Assembly: GCA_965645245.1 (NCBI GenBank)
Contig: OZ287086.1
Span: 1,178,001-1,242,000, forward strand
DNA: 64,000 nt
Reading direction: 5' to 3'
Origin: Massalongia carnosa
Taxonomy: Eukaryota
Positions 13,674 through 25,736 of the stretch are shown here, piece by piece (the first letter of the stretch is position 1; the number at the start of each line of letters is the position of its first letter). The position numbers and the translations under genes are program-made. The notes beneath the pieces were generated by a model. That model saw only the letters and a list, made by a program, of their open reading frames with translations, was not told the origin of the DNA and ran no database searches.

Positions 13674-14314
13674 TATTGTTTTTTATTAATTCATTAAGCG
13701 TATGCATCCTAAGGATATGACGCTGTGACTGCTATTTATATACATAAACAACAGTCAGGAAGTGGAAACCTGGCCCCCAGGATAAAACCACTCTCTTGTT
13801 CCATGTTGAACGCAACGAGACCGTCCTTCTTTTACGCGGTGCATACACCCAGATCTTCAAGCGCTAGGAATCCTATAGACTCGATGAACTAGACAGTGTA
13901 TTTTCACACGTTCGACGTACGTTCTCTCTCTTTAAACGTTTTGATTCAATGGAGGAAAGACTGGCCGTGATCGAGGGCAGATCATGGTGTCGTATAAATG
14001 AAGGTGTGTAAGTGTGGCAATTCTAAATGAATGGGCTTTTTCGATGTGGTGAAAGGCTTCCGCCTGAGGGGTGTGGCCATTCCGAATGAATGGGCTTTTT
14101 TGATGAGGTGAAAGGCTTCCGCCTGAGTGGTGTGGCCATTCCGAATGAATAGGCTTTGTATGTGTGCCTTCGAGGTGACGAATGATCAGTAGAGACGTTG
14201 ATCGTTCAAATGGCCACCGAGGTGGACTTCCGCGTTGGCGATGATCAGATATTGGCCACCTCCGAGGAGGTGTTGATAGCCTGCACCACGTAGGGGTTTC
14301 TGACCCAGCAGACC
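13674..14314 (-). mobile_element. SINE-like non-coding retroposon, copy 1 (ribozyme-headed)
   Basis: Reverse complement of 59760-60337 with the same 5' start and an A-rich tail; removal rejoins helicase ..HPID|LVASWIVHFF.. Confidence 0.82.
14243..14314 (-). ncRNA. Predicted HDV-like self-cleaving ribozyme
   Basis: GGUCUGC UG GGUCAGAA ACC CCUACGU GGU GCAGGCU AU CAA CACCUCC UC GGAGGUG G C CAA UAUCUGAUC fits the P1-P2-P3-L3-P3'-P1'-P1.1-P4-J4/2-P2' order. Confidence 0.72.
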
Positions 14315-15571
14315 TTAGTCGCTAGTTGGATCGTGCATTTCTTTTCTGACATGGCCACCCAAGACAAAGAAAGGATTGCGGCTCGCATTGAAATGCCCCC
14401 GGATCAATGTAAATTTCCTCGAATCCTGATCGCAACGGATGCGTACGGGCTTGGTATTGAATATGTTGACGTTATGAGAGTTACGCATTCGTTGTTACCC
14501 TCGTCAATGGCGAAGCTATATCAACGTTTAGTCGTGCTTTGCGTTGCGGTCGAGGACAAGCGTATTTTACTCTATTGCATCCTTCTTGATGCATAGGTCT
14601 AAGAAGCGGATCAAAAATGAACGAACAGGACGGATCGGATGACGCGGGAATCGAGATTGAATCCAATGCCAGTAAACGCTAAATTAATCAAAAGGACACT
14701 GATCGGCGACGAGATATGCTATCGGGTCTTTGGGAGATAATAAATGTGCATTCAGATTGTTGCGTTCGAGGTATTTGCTTGAATTTCTTCAATAATAACG
14801 TGTATCTAACGTCAGCCTATGTTAAGCCGCAAGCTTGCAGTTCAATTTGCGATCCAAGTTTTCAGACATCAACAGCTGCCAATGAGATGTTAAATAGAAC
14901 GGCCGAGCGTGACTCGTCTAGGCGGCCGTGGTTAATCCTTCAACTTCGAGAATAGAGGGAGGCTAAGGCATAGGAAAAGTTCCCAAATTTACATATACGA
15001 TACTTCCAATCATTGTTAATGCCCGATAAGGTACCGAATTCTTTGACAACTTGGGCGGATCAGATTGTGAACGAGCCTACCATGCGGGCAATGAATTGGT
15101 AACACATGGGCTGGTATTAGGCCCTACGGCATCGAGCTTTTAGAAATTTTAAAGCGGGGTCAAGTGATGAGATTAGACGTGGGATACATGTCCGAGGAAT
15201 TGAAACGACACAACAATATAAAGCGAAATCGATTACCTAGCTTAACATGCAACTCCGCTAGTATTGAATTTGAGGAACGGAGGAAAAACTGGATGATCAA
15301 ACAAGGTATCAGCCAATTTAGTGGTCAAGCAGTAAGCGATATGTAGCTCGGATACGGTAATCTATTAACCGAATCTCAACATTCCATTAGAGAATTGGGG
15401 AAAATCCTTTCAATGCAAGCAATCATCAAATCAATTCTAAGTTTCTATCTAAAACGTAAATTATTCTCCAATCACCAAGAGCTTAGATCAATAAATCAAG
15501 TTCAATACAAGGATATATATCGAGAAAGGTTTTTTAAAAGCGAAATCCGGTCAAGAAGAAAGTCTCGAAGA

Positions 15572-15738
15572 TGTAACGGTTCGACCAAGCGTGGTGCGGA
15601 CGGCAGGACCTACAGCGAACTAGCAGGAGTCCTAGTTATAGTAGAATAGAGCTTGGTGTGCGGACTAATTGTACCTTTTTGTCGGGAAGGACAGGTGGCG
15701 CAATGGTAGAAATCTATTTACTATCTCGCTTCGTCACA
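15572..15738. repeat. Short solo LTR, family E, copy 1
   Basis: TGTAACG...CGTCACA, TSD GAAGA/GAATA; repeated at 17072. Confidence 0.8.
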
Positions 15739-15743
15739 GAATA

Positions 15744-17073
15744 CAGTCCCCTGCCAAAAGTCTGCGGCCCAACCCGTGATTTTCGTGATTTCGCGTTTTC
15801 AACTCATCAACCCCCCATCTTCCACCTCATCATTTCGCCATGCTTCGTGCTTCTTTGACCCCCATAAGTGGTATTCGGCCTCGTAACTCTGGATTGACGC
15901 CATATCAACGTGGTATAACTGTTGGGGCCCAGGCGTTCGGGCACACACCGACCGAGATTGGGAAGACTCTTAATTTCGCTAAATCGACCGTGCAGAGTAC
16001 CGCTCAGAAGCACTCAATTCGCAACGATAGCGTGTCTTAATCACGTTCTGGACGGCCTGAAGTGCTGTCAGAACGCGATCGACGTTATATCATCAAGCAT
16101 GCACGAATCAATCCACGAATTACTTAAACAGAAATCAAACTAGAAGTGGGGCTCGGCTGCAGTCGTACGACCATTTATCGGGAACTCAAACTGTATTGTT
16201 TGACCAACTGGGTAGCTAAAAAACGACCTTTATTGACGCCCGATATGGCCAAGAAACGATTGGATTGGTGCTTGCTGCGGTGTGAGTGGACTGTTGAGCA
16301 GTGGTCAAGAGTTATATGGTCAGATGAGTGCTTGTAGAAAAGGTGTCAGAAAAACAGCGTCAGTGGGTATTCAGATTGCCGAAAGAAAAATGGAATAAAG
16401 AGATGATACAACCTGTCCCCAAAGGCAAAGGAGACAGTGTCATGGTCTGGGCAGCTTTTTGGGGAGATGACAGGTCAGATCTTTACAGATAAGCTCGTGA
16501 TTTTGCTGCGAAGAAGATGGGGTACTCGGCGAACTCATATATGGAATTATTGAACGATAATCTGCTTGAAATTTGGCAACCGGGCCTTATTTTAATGCAG
16601 GATAACGCACCGATACATAAGGCCGATGGAATGGTTCAATGAGAACGGTATATAGAGGTCATCAATTGGCCCCCCTATTCACCTGATTTTAATCCCAACG
16701 AGCACGTTTGGTATGTGCTCAAAAAGCTCGTCTATCAAGTCAACCAGAACATTGATTTGGTAATCGGCAGTGATAAAACTGTTCGTGAGGTACTTCGGAA
16801 AGCGTTAGAAGAAATCTAGACGTTGATAGATGTGAAAATAATGAGGAGGTTAATAGAGAGCATAAATAGGATGATAAAAGCGTATATAGCGTCGGAATGA
16901 TGGTATACTAAATATTATAAATCAATTTTTGGGGAATTCTTGTTTAGTATGTATGTAATCATTATGCAAAGTTTCAAGACATTTCAGCAATCGTGACGTG
17001 GTTGATTGTTGATTGAATAGAATAATTGAAATGTTGGTGTGGTGCGGGGCCGCAAACTTTTGGCCTAGTACTG
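15744..17073 (+). mobile_element. Tc1/impala-like transposon with a degenerate transposase (15840-~16919)
   Basis: TA+CAGTCCCCTGCCAAAAGTCTGCGGCCC / GGGCCGCAAACTTTTGGCCTAGTACTG+TA; VIWSDEC, MQDNAPIH, WPPYSPDFNPNEHVW. Confidence 0.9.
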
Positions 17074-17230
17074 TAACGGTTCGACCATGCGTGGTACGGA
17101 CGGCAGGACCTACAGCGAACATAGCAGGAGTCCCAGTTATAGTAGAATAGAGCTTGGTCTGCGTGCCTTTTTGTCGGGAAGGACAGGTGGCGCAATGGTA
17201 GAAATCTATTCACTTTCTCGCTTCGTCACA
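17072..17230. repeat. Short LTR, family E, copy 2
   Basis: Direct repeat of 15572-15738; abuts Tc1 termini on both sides; no TSD. Confidence 0.75.
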
Positions 17231-18928
17231 CACTGCGGCTGACAAAAAAACCGGTACATCAAAATTTTCACCCTACCAAAATCTACCCCTTATTTTCACT
17301 TTGCTACGTACAGTTACCATGCCATCAAATCAATAATCAATAACCAGTCATCTGTCAGGACCTGCCATAGAGACTACGGAGAATAATACGGGAAAGGGGC
17401 ATCAGCCTGGACTCGGCCGCCGAACCCGGCCCGACCCTAATGGGCTGATTCCGCTGTCGGCCACATGCCGTCTCAGGGGGACGGCTGGCGAGGGGGACGG
17501 CTGGAAACCCGTGTCGGATGGCACTAACCACCCAAAGGGGCCGGGACCCATTTGGACCAATCAGATAGCTGGGGGCTATCCGATAAGGGAGTCTTAGGGG
17601 TAGACACGTCTGTAGGATAAAGAGGTCGATGCCCACCTTATTCTAAGGGCATAGATCAATAACATACATTATTGAGACACCCCCTTCACGTGACCAACAC
17701 GCTCTCTGAGTAGAAGCATACGTCTTACAATCTTGCCTTCATCTCGAATCACCGCCTCTAGTAGATCGGGTATACTAGCTACTTTCTCATTGATAAAACT
17801 CTGAGAATCGTGGCTTCAATCGTTATAGATCAGCCCTTTTATGGTCTCATCGTCCCAATGAGGATATTTGTAGAGCCCCTGCTTGACCGGCTGCTAGCAA
17901 TTTTCAATGGGCGATAAATCAGAAGATGAAAGGCAGTTAAAATAAATTTCGAGCCTATGCTCCTCCTTCCAACGTACGATGTTTGATTTGCCTAGCTCAC
18001 GCCTTGAATCACTATCTTCCTCCAACACGAAATTATGCCCCTGATCAAGCCACGGTTTGACTATAGTATCTAAAATTTGATCAATATAAACACGTTGACT
18101 CATTTTTCCATTCTTATTGCCCGAGACGTCGTAAAAATGAATGAAAGACTTTAAATCAGGCCCTGCGGCCGCCCAGTCATTATGCCTTTTTTTATTCTTC
18201 TCATCCGGCATGTGCTCCTCTTGTACGCAATCTTGGCAGTATCGTTGGCCCGGCTTACGAATGATTGGTAGCTTGCCTTTTGAACTGCATCCAAAATGCA
18301 CTTCATCACTAAATCTGACTCGATACCAGTCCTCCTTTTCAGGATAGTTATTCAACATGAATGTGGTCCATTTAACTCTTTAGCTGCTGTTCGCTCATTG
18401 ACCCAGCCCTTCTTACAAGACACGCACTTATAATAATCGATTGTCCCTATTGCTCTTTATATCGTAAGGCCACTGCAATCTAGCCCAACTTCGTAGCCTA
18501 ACTACTGTCACGTTAAAGAGCGAGCTTCAATGTCTTCTTCTTCTAAAATTCTTTCCATCTCTCGAATTATGACGGAAGAAATCAGGGATTTTCTTCCTCT
18601 AGTCTCCTTGTGATCAGGATTATTGTGTAGTTGGCGAGAAGAAGAGTCCTCATTTCGAAGCATTTCATAGCCACTTGTGCGACTAACGTTGAATGTTCGA
18701 AAAGCATCCTCCTTATAGTACGGTAATTTCATACGATCGGCGAAATAAACCGCTGCCCGAACTGATGCCTTGGTGGGAGTAGAAAAATGAGCTAATAGAG
18801 CTCGAGTTTCAATGTTTGAAGTATGTGGGTGTGAGTCATCCATGATTGAGATATTCAAGATATGGAGAAAAGGGTAGATTTTGGTGGGGTGAGAATTTTG
18901 GTGTCCCGGTTTTTTTGTCAGCCGCGTG
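17231..18928 (-). mobile_element. Tc1/mariner-like transposon with a degenerate transposase (18858-17337)
   Basis: ~55-bp TIRs CACTGCGGCTGACAAAAAAACCGG...; VRFSDEVHF, LEED, SSDLSPIENC; C-terminus ..DEGKMTGY* split by an LTR. Confidence 0.87.
17353..17729. repeat. Solo LTR, family D
   Basis: TGTCAGGAC...GTCTTACA interrupting the transposase 3' end; only a partial duplication (ATC). Confidence 0.75.
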
Positions 18929-19121
18929 AATGGGTCTTTACTACTAATATTCTAGCTGAAAGATTAACCAAAGCCCTTCTGCCTCAGCGTCACAAAGACT
19001 TCTTACGACTACTAGGCCTAGAAATGGAAAAAGTTGATGAAGATTCTAAGACCTTCATCAAGGGGTGTGTCGGACTAACGGCAGAGATTATGTAATAAGC
19101 GATATAAGCTCATACAAAATT
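18929..19121 (+). mobile_element. Copia 3' remnant: RNase H end, PPT and start of the 3' LTR (LTR continues at 25573-25664)
   Basis: TNILAERLTKALLPQRHKDFLRLLGL; AAGGGGTG then TGTCGGA at 19068; inverse end TCTGAC near 25663. Confidence 0.7.
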
Positions 19122-20173
19122 TAGCCTCCGCACCTCAGACGTGCGTGGGCTCTAGGAGCCGTTTAAGCCCCTCCGGGTTAGCATATTCCGCTAAGCTTCT
19201 TCGGATTAGCGTCCCAGCTGACTAACGTGGCTGCGATAGTACGTCTGATTGCAAAACTAAATATTACGGTTAGATATTCGTGATAAATCGTGTATTATTG
19301 CGATTTTTCGACATTTTGACGTCTTGCTTTATCGTTTGACACGGGCTATTTCTTCGTAAGAATTCAAGTAGAATTTATATAGAAAGTTTCCTGAAATTCC
19401 TGTTCGTTATAAAGTTCATGTGGGGCAATCTGATTGCACTTCGCATAGAAATCAAAAATCGACTTAACGAAAATAACATGATATATGTAAAATTGCTCTG
19501 CACGTTATAAACATAAATAAAGATTGAAATTTATAACGGAAAAATCAAAAATACATTGATCGTGATCATATCAAGCGACGACGACGTTACAAATATGAAA
19601 GCAATAAAGTTGTGACGTTGTTCTATAAGGTCGAAATCGTTCTTGTCATGATCGTTAAGCCATATCTGACCGTAATCTTGAGTTTTGTGCGACGGTTCGA
19701 CCAGGATGTGGAATTGACTATCTACTGGGAAGCTATGCACTAGAAAATATCAAAGATGCAGAAAGGAAACAAGCAAAAGGTGATCCCTCTAGGAGCCTAT
19801 ATAGATAATCGCTTTCCCCGATCCAGCTGTTTGTGTCTCCATCAATAAGTGAACAGTTTGGTCTAACAGTCTTTCTGCCCTTTGTCCCTTTCATCCATTT
19901 GTGTTTGCTTTAGAAGGTCGTTCCGATGCGTCCCTTTCAGTCCTTTCAGACCTCCGTTGATTGCCCCTATGATTGCTAAAAGGGTTGAGTAACGGAAGCG
20001 GTTAGTGCGCCGGCAGATGCGGTACTTTCCTTTGATTGGCCTTGGGTGGATGTGGTTGAATCGTGACATTACCCCCTTCTTAAGATCGCGAATCACCTGA
20101 TCGCGAAAGTTCGTCAGTTAGTGGAGGTTCATTGAACATACAATGTTTTTAGCACCAAAAGTGACTATCAAAA

Positions 20174-23100
20174 TCAGAAAATGCTCCATCGAGGCTTGTT
20201 AGGGTGTCGAAGATAGAAGTCTTCTACAATGTCCTTAGCATTTTCGAAGCCAGTTGCGTCGTACCATTGTCTATCTTCATCATGATCCTTCCATTTGACT
20301 TTGAATTGGACTTTTCGATAGTACCTCCGAGCGTCCAGTATGTCATCCACCTCCCATTCTTCCTTGTTGTCTACTATTACCGGAGGAGGTGGTTCATTTA
20401 CTTGTCCGGGTAGAGGGTCGTCAGCTGTTTTTCTCAATAAGCTGGTATGAAAGACGTCATGAATTTTCATGGAGGCTGGTAACTTTAATTGACATGCGGA
20501 TCCGATGAGTTCTTCCACTCGGTATGGTCCAATCATTTTATGGTCCAGCTTTTTGGAGCTTCTTTCGGTTTTGATGTTTTTGGTGGATAACCAGACCATG
20601 TCTCCTTCCTCATAAGTGACTTCGTTTCGGTGCCGGTCCGCGGCGGTCCTTTGTCTTTCCTGAGCTTTGGTCATGCTGTTTCGGACGAAGTCCCAAACTT
20701 TCTCCATGTCCTCGGTGATGTCCTTGGCTTTTTCGTTGGCGAGTCTTTGACGGGTGGTGTCGGCCGACAAGTCGGTCAAACTAAAACTCATCCTTGGTTC
20801 ATAACCTCGATTGGCCATAAAAGGTGAAAGATGGGTGGTTTCTTGATTCCCCGGAGTTCGTCGCAAACTCGGCCATTGGCAATAGTTCAACCCAGTTGTC
20901 CTGAAAGTAATTGGTGAAACTCTGAAGGTGTCGTTCCATTTCTTGATTGGCTATTTCGCTTTGGCCGTCTGTTTCAGGATGAAATGCGGTGGAAAGCTTT
21001 GCGGTGATTCCTAGGATTTAACACATGCCCTTCCAGGTGTCGGAAACGAACTGCGGTCCTCGATCAGAAATCATACTGGTTGGGAGGCCGTGATACCTCC
21101 AAACATTCCCAATTAGCAGTTTAGCGGTGGCTTCAGCGGTTGTTCCCTCGTCCTTAGCCGTGCATGGAATGTAGTGGCGTTCCTTTGACAATCGGTCGAC
21201 TACCATCAAAATTGCATTGTGACCATTTTGGGATTCTGGAAGTCCAGTTACATAATCCAACGAAATGTCTGTCCATGGTCTTTCAGGAACTGGCAGGGGT
21301 TTCAGTACTCCATTGTATTTGTCCCTGGGTGCTTTGGCTCGTTTGCACACATGGCAATTTCTGACATAACGCCGAATGGAATTCAACATGCCTGGCCAAT
21401 AGTAGTCCCTGGCGATTGTTCGTTGTGTTTTTGCCATTCCAGGGTGTCCGACTGCTACTTGATCATGAATTTGTCAAATTACATTGAGGATCAAATCATC
21501 CTTAGCGGGAACCCATAAGCGTTCGGCTTTATAGAGGTGGCCTTCCTTGATTACACAATCCTTGATGCTGGGGAGCGGGTCTAGTTCCGGTGACTCTTCA
21601 TAGTCCTCTTCGGTCAGCTTACTCCTCATTCGGTTGCAGGTCTCATCTGAAATGCAGGTCTCATCTGAAAGATTCTATGTTTGATCTTTTCTGCGAGGGT
21701 AAGGTCTTCATCGATGATCTCGATTGGTTGAAGGTCTAGTCTATTCGAAGTCAACACCGTTTGTAATTGATTCTTTTGTCTTTCATCTTGGTCATCCTGT
21801 AGCTTGTCGTTCGGACGACGTGTAAGAGCATCAGCTTTTTCATTTTGCTTGCCCGTCCTATAGGTGATGACAAAGTTGAACTCTGAGAGGAACTCGGCCC
21901 ATCGGGCCTGTCGTCTGGTGAGTTTCTTTGTGGTCATGAAATATTCCAGGCTTTTATGGTCGGTGAAGATTTTAACGGGTAGCTCGGTGCTTTCCAATTC
22001 GGGCCTCCATTGTTCGAAACATCGGATAATAGCCAGCAGCTCCTTGTCATAGATTTCATAGTTGCATTCAGCGGGGTTGAGGTTCTTGGAGAAGAAGGCG
22101 ACTGGGTGCAACTCTCCATCCTCTCCGTTCTGAGACATTATTCCTCCATTGACGTGGTCTGACGAGTCCGTTTCCAGATAACATTGTTTCTTCGGATCAA
22201 AGTGAGCTAGGACTGGTGCTTCAATAACTCTCTGTTTCAATACTTGAAATGCTTGTTCACAGACTTCATTCCATTCGAATAATTTTCCCTTTTTCGCCAA
22301 AGCGTTCAGTGAACCAGCGATCTTGGAAAAGCCTCTTATGAAACGTCGATAAAAGTTACAGAATCCTATGAAAGATCGCACTTCACGAAGACAGATGGGG
22401 ACTTCCCAACTGACTATGGACTGAACCTTGGCTGGATCCATTTTTATTCCTTTCGTGGTGATGATTAACCCCAAGTACTTGACTTCAATAACATGAAATT
22501 CGCACTTGTCTACATCCACTTGAAGACCAGCTTCCTGAAGTTTGGTCAACACTTTTCGGACATGTTCTCGATGTTCTGTAATATTCTTGCTGTAGATCAA
22601 GATGTCGTCCAAGTAGGCCGAGCAGAATTTATCCAGGTACTCGAACAGAATGTCATTGATGAAATGCTGCCAGGAAGAAGGTCCTCCGGTCAGTCCGAAT
22701 GGTAACACCTTGTATTTGTACGCTCCAAAGCGGCAATTGAAGGTGGTAAGGTCTTCAGATTCACTGGCTATTCTCAGCTTGTGAAAGGCCTGTCGAATGT
22801 CCAGTTTGGAAAAAACTTTGGCTTCCTTCAACTGGGCTAGCGTTTCATCAATTAAGGGCAATGGATATCTATCTTTCTTGCTTAGTTGGTTCAACTTTCT
22901 GTAATCAACACGGAAACGGAGTCCTCCACCTGGTTTCTTGGCTAATAGGATCGGAGAAGAACATGCGGCATGACTGGCCTCGATGAACCCCTTTCTTAGA
23001 TTGTCCTCTAGATATTTCTTCACGAACTCCAATTCTATGCGGGACATACTCCTCAAATAGCTGTGTCCATGATCTTGATATCCGGTCAATAGGATCCTGT

Positions 23101-23962
23101 GATCGTATGGGCGATGAGGTGCTAGCTCATCTGATTCAGCTTTGGAGAATACCTTCAGAAAGTCATGATATTCTTCAGGAACTTTGGTCTTCGGGTCGGT
23201 AGGAGTCGAACTTTCCTTGTTTAGTTGATAGTCAATGTCCCTTAGAGATATTGCGAATAGTTGAACGTCTTTCTTCTTGGTCAGTGATTTGTAGGCCGCA
23301 GCCCCTATGAGGGCGCAGTCTATCGGCTTATCTTTGGCAGATGACTTTTGTGATAGTCTTTCTGATATTCCTTTTCCGATTTTCTTAAAAGGTACCGACA
23401 ATGGGGCGGATCGTTCCGTACAGGTTTCTTCCGGTCGGACCAGGATTTGTCGGACCGTTCGGGTCTGTTCTGGTTTGTTCGAAGCCGACGTTGTCTGCCT
23501 CATCATTTTCATTGGTGTTGGCAGTCCAGGGGCGCCAGGATGGGTGCAATGCCCAGGCCAGAACATGATCTTGTCGTCCTTCATGCCCAGGAGGAGTCCG
23601 TGCTTCCTCATCCAAGGTTTTCCTAGAATCATTCCGTGCTGTCCTAGTTTGGTGATCAGCAATGGTAATAAGTTCTCACGATGATCCTGCATCGTCATGG
23701 TGGGATAAATAGCATGGGTAATATTAGGGGCCCGTCGTCCATCAAATCCTCGCACCGGTTTGGGTTTCGTCAGTTTCTGGGGTTCGATTTGACGTTGTTC
23801 ACAAATAGAGCGCACCATTGATTCGTCGATAAAAGCATGTCCCGTAGCACCGGTGTCGAAAAGAGCATCAAGCTTTATCTCATTCCTATTACCTAACGTA
23901 CATGCATGAACAAAAGGTTCATCGGTGAACAAATCACCAGGTAAATAGGAAGAGGAAATCAA
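20174..23962 (-). pseudogene. pol: pol (protease, RT, RNase H, integrase, chromodomain) with stops and frameshifts
   Basis: LFDTGA, AYLDDILIYS, ETDSSD, ISDRGPQF, EEWEVDDILD. Confidence 0.93.
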
Positions 23963-23996
23963 TAGAGGTTCCTCCTCATCCGCGCCTCAGATGAGG

Positions 23997-24794
23997 TTAT
24001 TCTTTTCCCGTCTCGACGCTCATTTCGTGGATAGTGGCTTTGGAAGTTTTGCTACAGTCTTTTGCCAAATTTCCGATGGCCAGTTGCTTTTTCATGTCCA
24101 AGGAGAGCTTGTGAGTGAGTTCATCAATAAGGGTGGAGGGGCTATAATCTAACTCCGAAGATAGTCGTTGGAATTCGGACCAGAAAGAATTGAAGTCCTT
24201 ACTTCCCATGTGCAAGGCCCTTAATGCCTTCATAGCAGTGTGTTTTCGATTGGGGTCCCCATAAATTCGTTCCAATAATTCTAACATTTCCTCAGCGGTC
24301 TCGAAAGGTTTGGCGGCCCCTTTCCTCAGTCTGGCTTCCATGTGTCGCATGGCATCACCATTCACTCGGTTCTCTACATAGGCTTTTCGCAATATATCGG
24401 TTGGCATATGGTCCTCATTGGCCAACAAATTGCTTCGCATTTTGGCTAGCCAATGATCGATGTTCGGTTCCTTTCCGTCGGAAAATACCGGTGGGTCAGG
24501 AAGCTTCCTGGAACGTTTTTCCTTCTGACTGATGGTGGAAAAAGAGGTAGTAGCGACATCCGGTCGTCGCTCTTCGATCAATGTCAACCTAAGCTTTTCG
24601 ATTTCCTTTTGTAAGTAATTCACTACTCCTTCTTTTTGTTCCGTCAGAAAGAGGAGTCGGCTCGTGGTGTTCTTTCCTTTGGCCGCTTCAGCTTGGGCCT
24701 CTTCATAACTTTCCTTGATGGCTAGGATCATCTGTAACACTGCCTGCTCATCCTGGAGCATCCATGTCCTCAGATGTTCTATGGTCTGCATCAT
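23997..24794 (-). CDS. gag: Gypsy gag (probably partly deleted or degenerate)
   Basis: KLPDPPVFSDG, FNSFWSEFQRL; ends in G GGA AAA GAA TAA upstream of pol. Confidence 0.75.
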   Translation of the reverse strand: MMQTIEHLRTWMLQDEQAVLQMILAIKESYEEAQAEAAKGKNTTSRLLFLTEQKEGVVNYLQKEIEKLRLTLIEERRPDVATTSFSTISQKEKRSRKLPDPPVFSDGKEPNIDHWLAKMRSNLLANEDHMPTDILRKAYVENRVNGDAMRHMEARLRKGAAKPFETAEEMLELLERIYGDPNRKHTAMKALRALHMGSKDFNSFWSEFQRLSSELDYSPSTLIDELTHKLSLDMKKQLAIGNLAKDCSKTSKATIHEMSVETGKE

Positions 24795-25736
24795 GGAAGG
24801 TCTTCTGCTTCCAGTTGAGTTTCTTCTTCTAGCAGGGCTGGATAATGAACGGAGTCCTGTTCTGGTTCTAGTTCTGGTTCTTTTTCATGACGATTCGCCA
24901 TGGTCTCTAATTCTGGTCCTGGATCTAAATAGGGTTCTGGGTGCCACGCTGTAGGGGTGGGGGCCTTCTGCTTCTGGATCTATGGGGTGGTTCTGGTTCT
25001 GGATCTGTGGGGTGGGTTATTTTGTATCCTCCACGATGGATAGCAGGGTAAAAAGAGATCTTTGATATTATGTGACGGTTCGACCAGGATGTGGAATTGA
25101 CTATCTACTGGGAAGCTATGCACTAGAAAATATCAAAGATGCAGAAAGGAAACAAGCAAAAGGTGCTCTCTCTAGGAGTCTGTATAGATAATCGCTTTGC
25201 CCGATCCAGCTGTTTGTGTCTCCATCAATAAGTGAACAGTTTGGTCAAACAGTCTTTCTGCCCTTTGTCCCTTTCATCCATTTGTGTTTGCTTTAGAAGG
25301 TCGTTCCGATGCGTCCCTTTTAGTCCATTCAGACCTCCGTTGATTGCCCCTAAAAGGGTTGAGTAACGGAAGCGGTTAGTGCGCCGGCAGATGCCGTATT
25401 TTCCTTTGATTGGCCTTGGGTGGATGTGGTTGAATCGTGACATTTTGGGCTCAGACTTGCTACAGAAGTGCTGCGTAGTCAGCCTATTAATCCCGAAGAG
25501 GCTTATCGTTCTGTAAGGCTAACCCGAAGGGGCTTAGCCGGGCAAGTCTGAGGTACTGAGGCAAACAAAACTCTCTTCTTGTAAAATTTAGGCTTAGAGG
25601 ATTTATCATAAATCCATCAATAAATCAATCATCTATTTCACTATCAAGAGATATTCTTCTGACGTAAATATAAATTCATCACAGAGCTTATTGTTATCAT
25701 ACATTCAGCTCAACAATATTTGAAGCGGAAAGGATA

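Larger units (their letters stand above)
12250..15346 (+). pseudogene. RecQ-like SF2 helicase pseudogene (start approximate)
   Basis: AKT[LTR]FGKSIIFQAMPL (motif I), LDKMHLIPEW (motif II-like), LGASATL (III), ILIATDAYGLGI (V), then a Cys-rich RQC-like segment and a LQLRE*RE HRDC-like segment; many stops. Confidence 0.82.
19688..25442 (-). mobile_element. Gypsy/chromovirus LTR retrotransposon, full length, mildly degenerate
   Basis: LTRs 19688-20068 and 25071-25442; TSD TTTTG; PPT 20069-20080; gag-pol on -. Confidence 0.95.
19122..25564. mobile_element. Non-autonomous TIR element (~0.7 kb once the nested Gypsy is removed) with TAG terminus and ~8-bp TSD (hAT- or Academ-like)
   Basis: TAGCCTCCGCACCTCAGAC...GTCTGAGGTACTGAGGCAA; ~100-bp imperfect TIRs; TSD ACAAAATT/ACAAAACT. 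Confidence 0.7.

Noticed and set aside
24820..25020. TCTGGT-type short repeats
   Set aside because: Low-complexity sequence in the Gypsy leader/gag N-terminus, not a separate element
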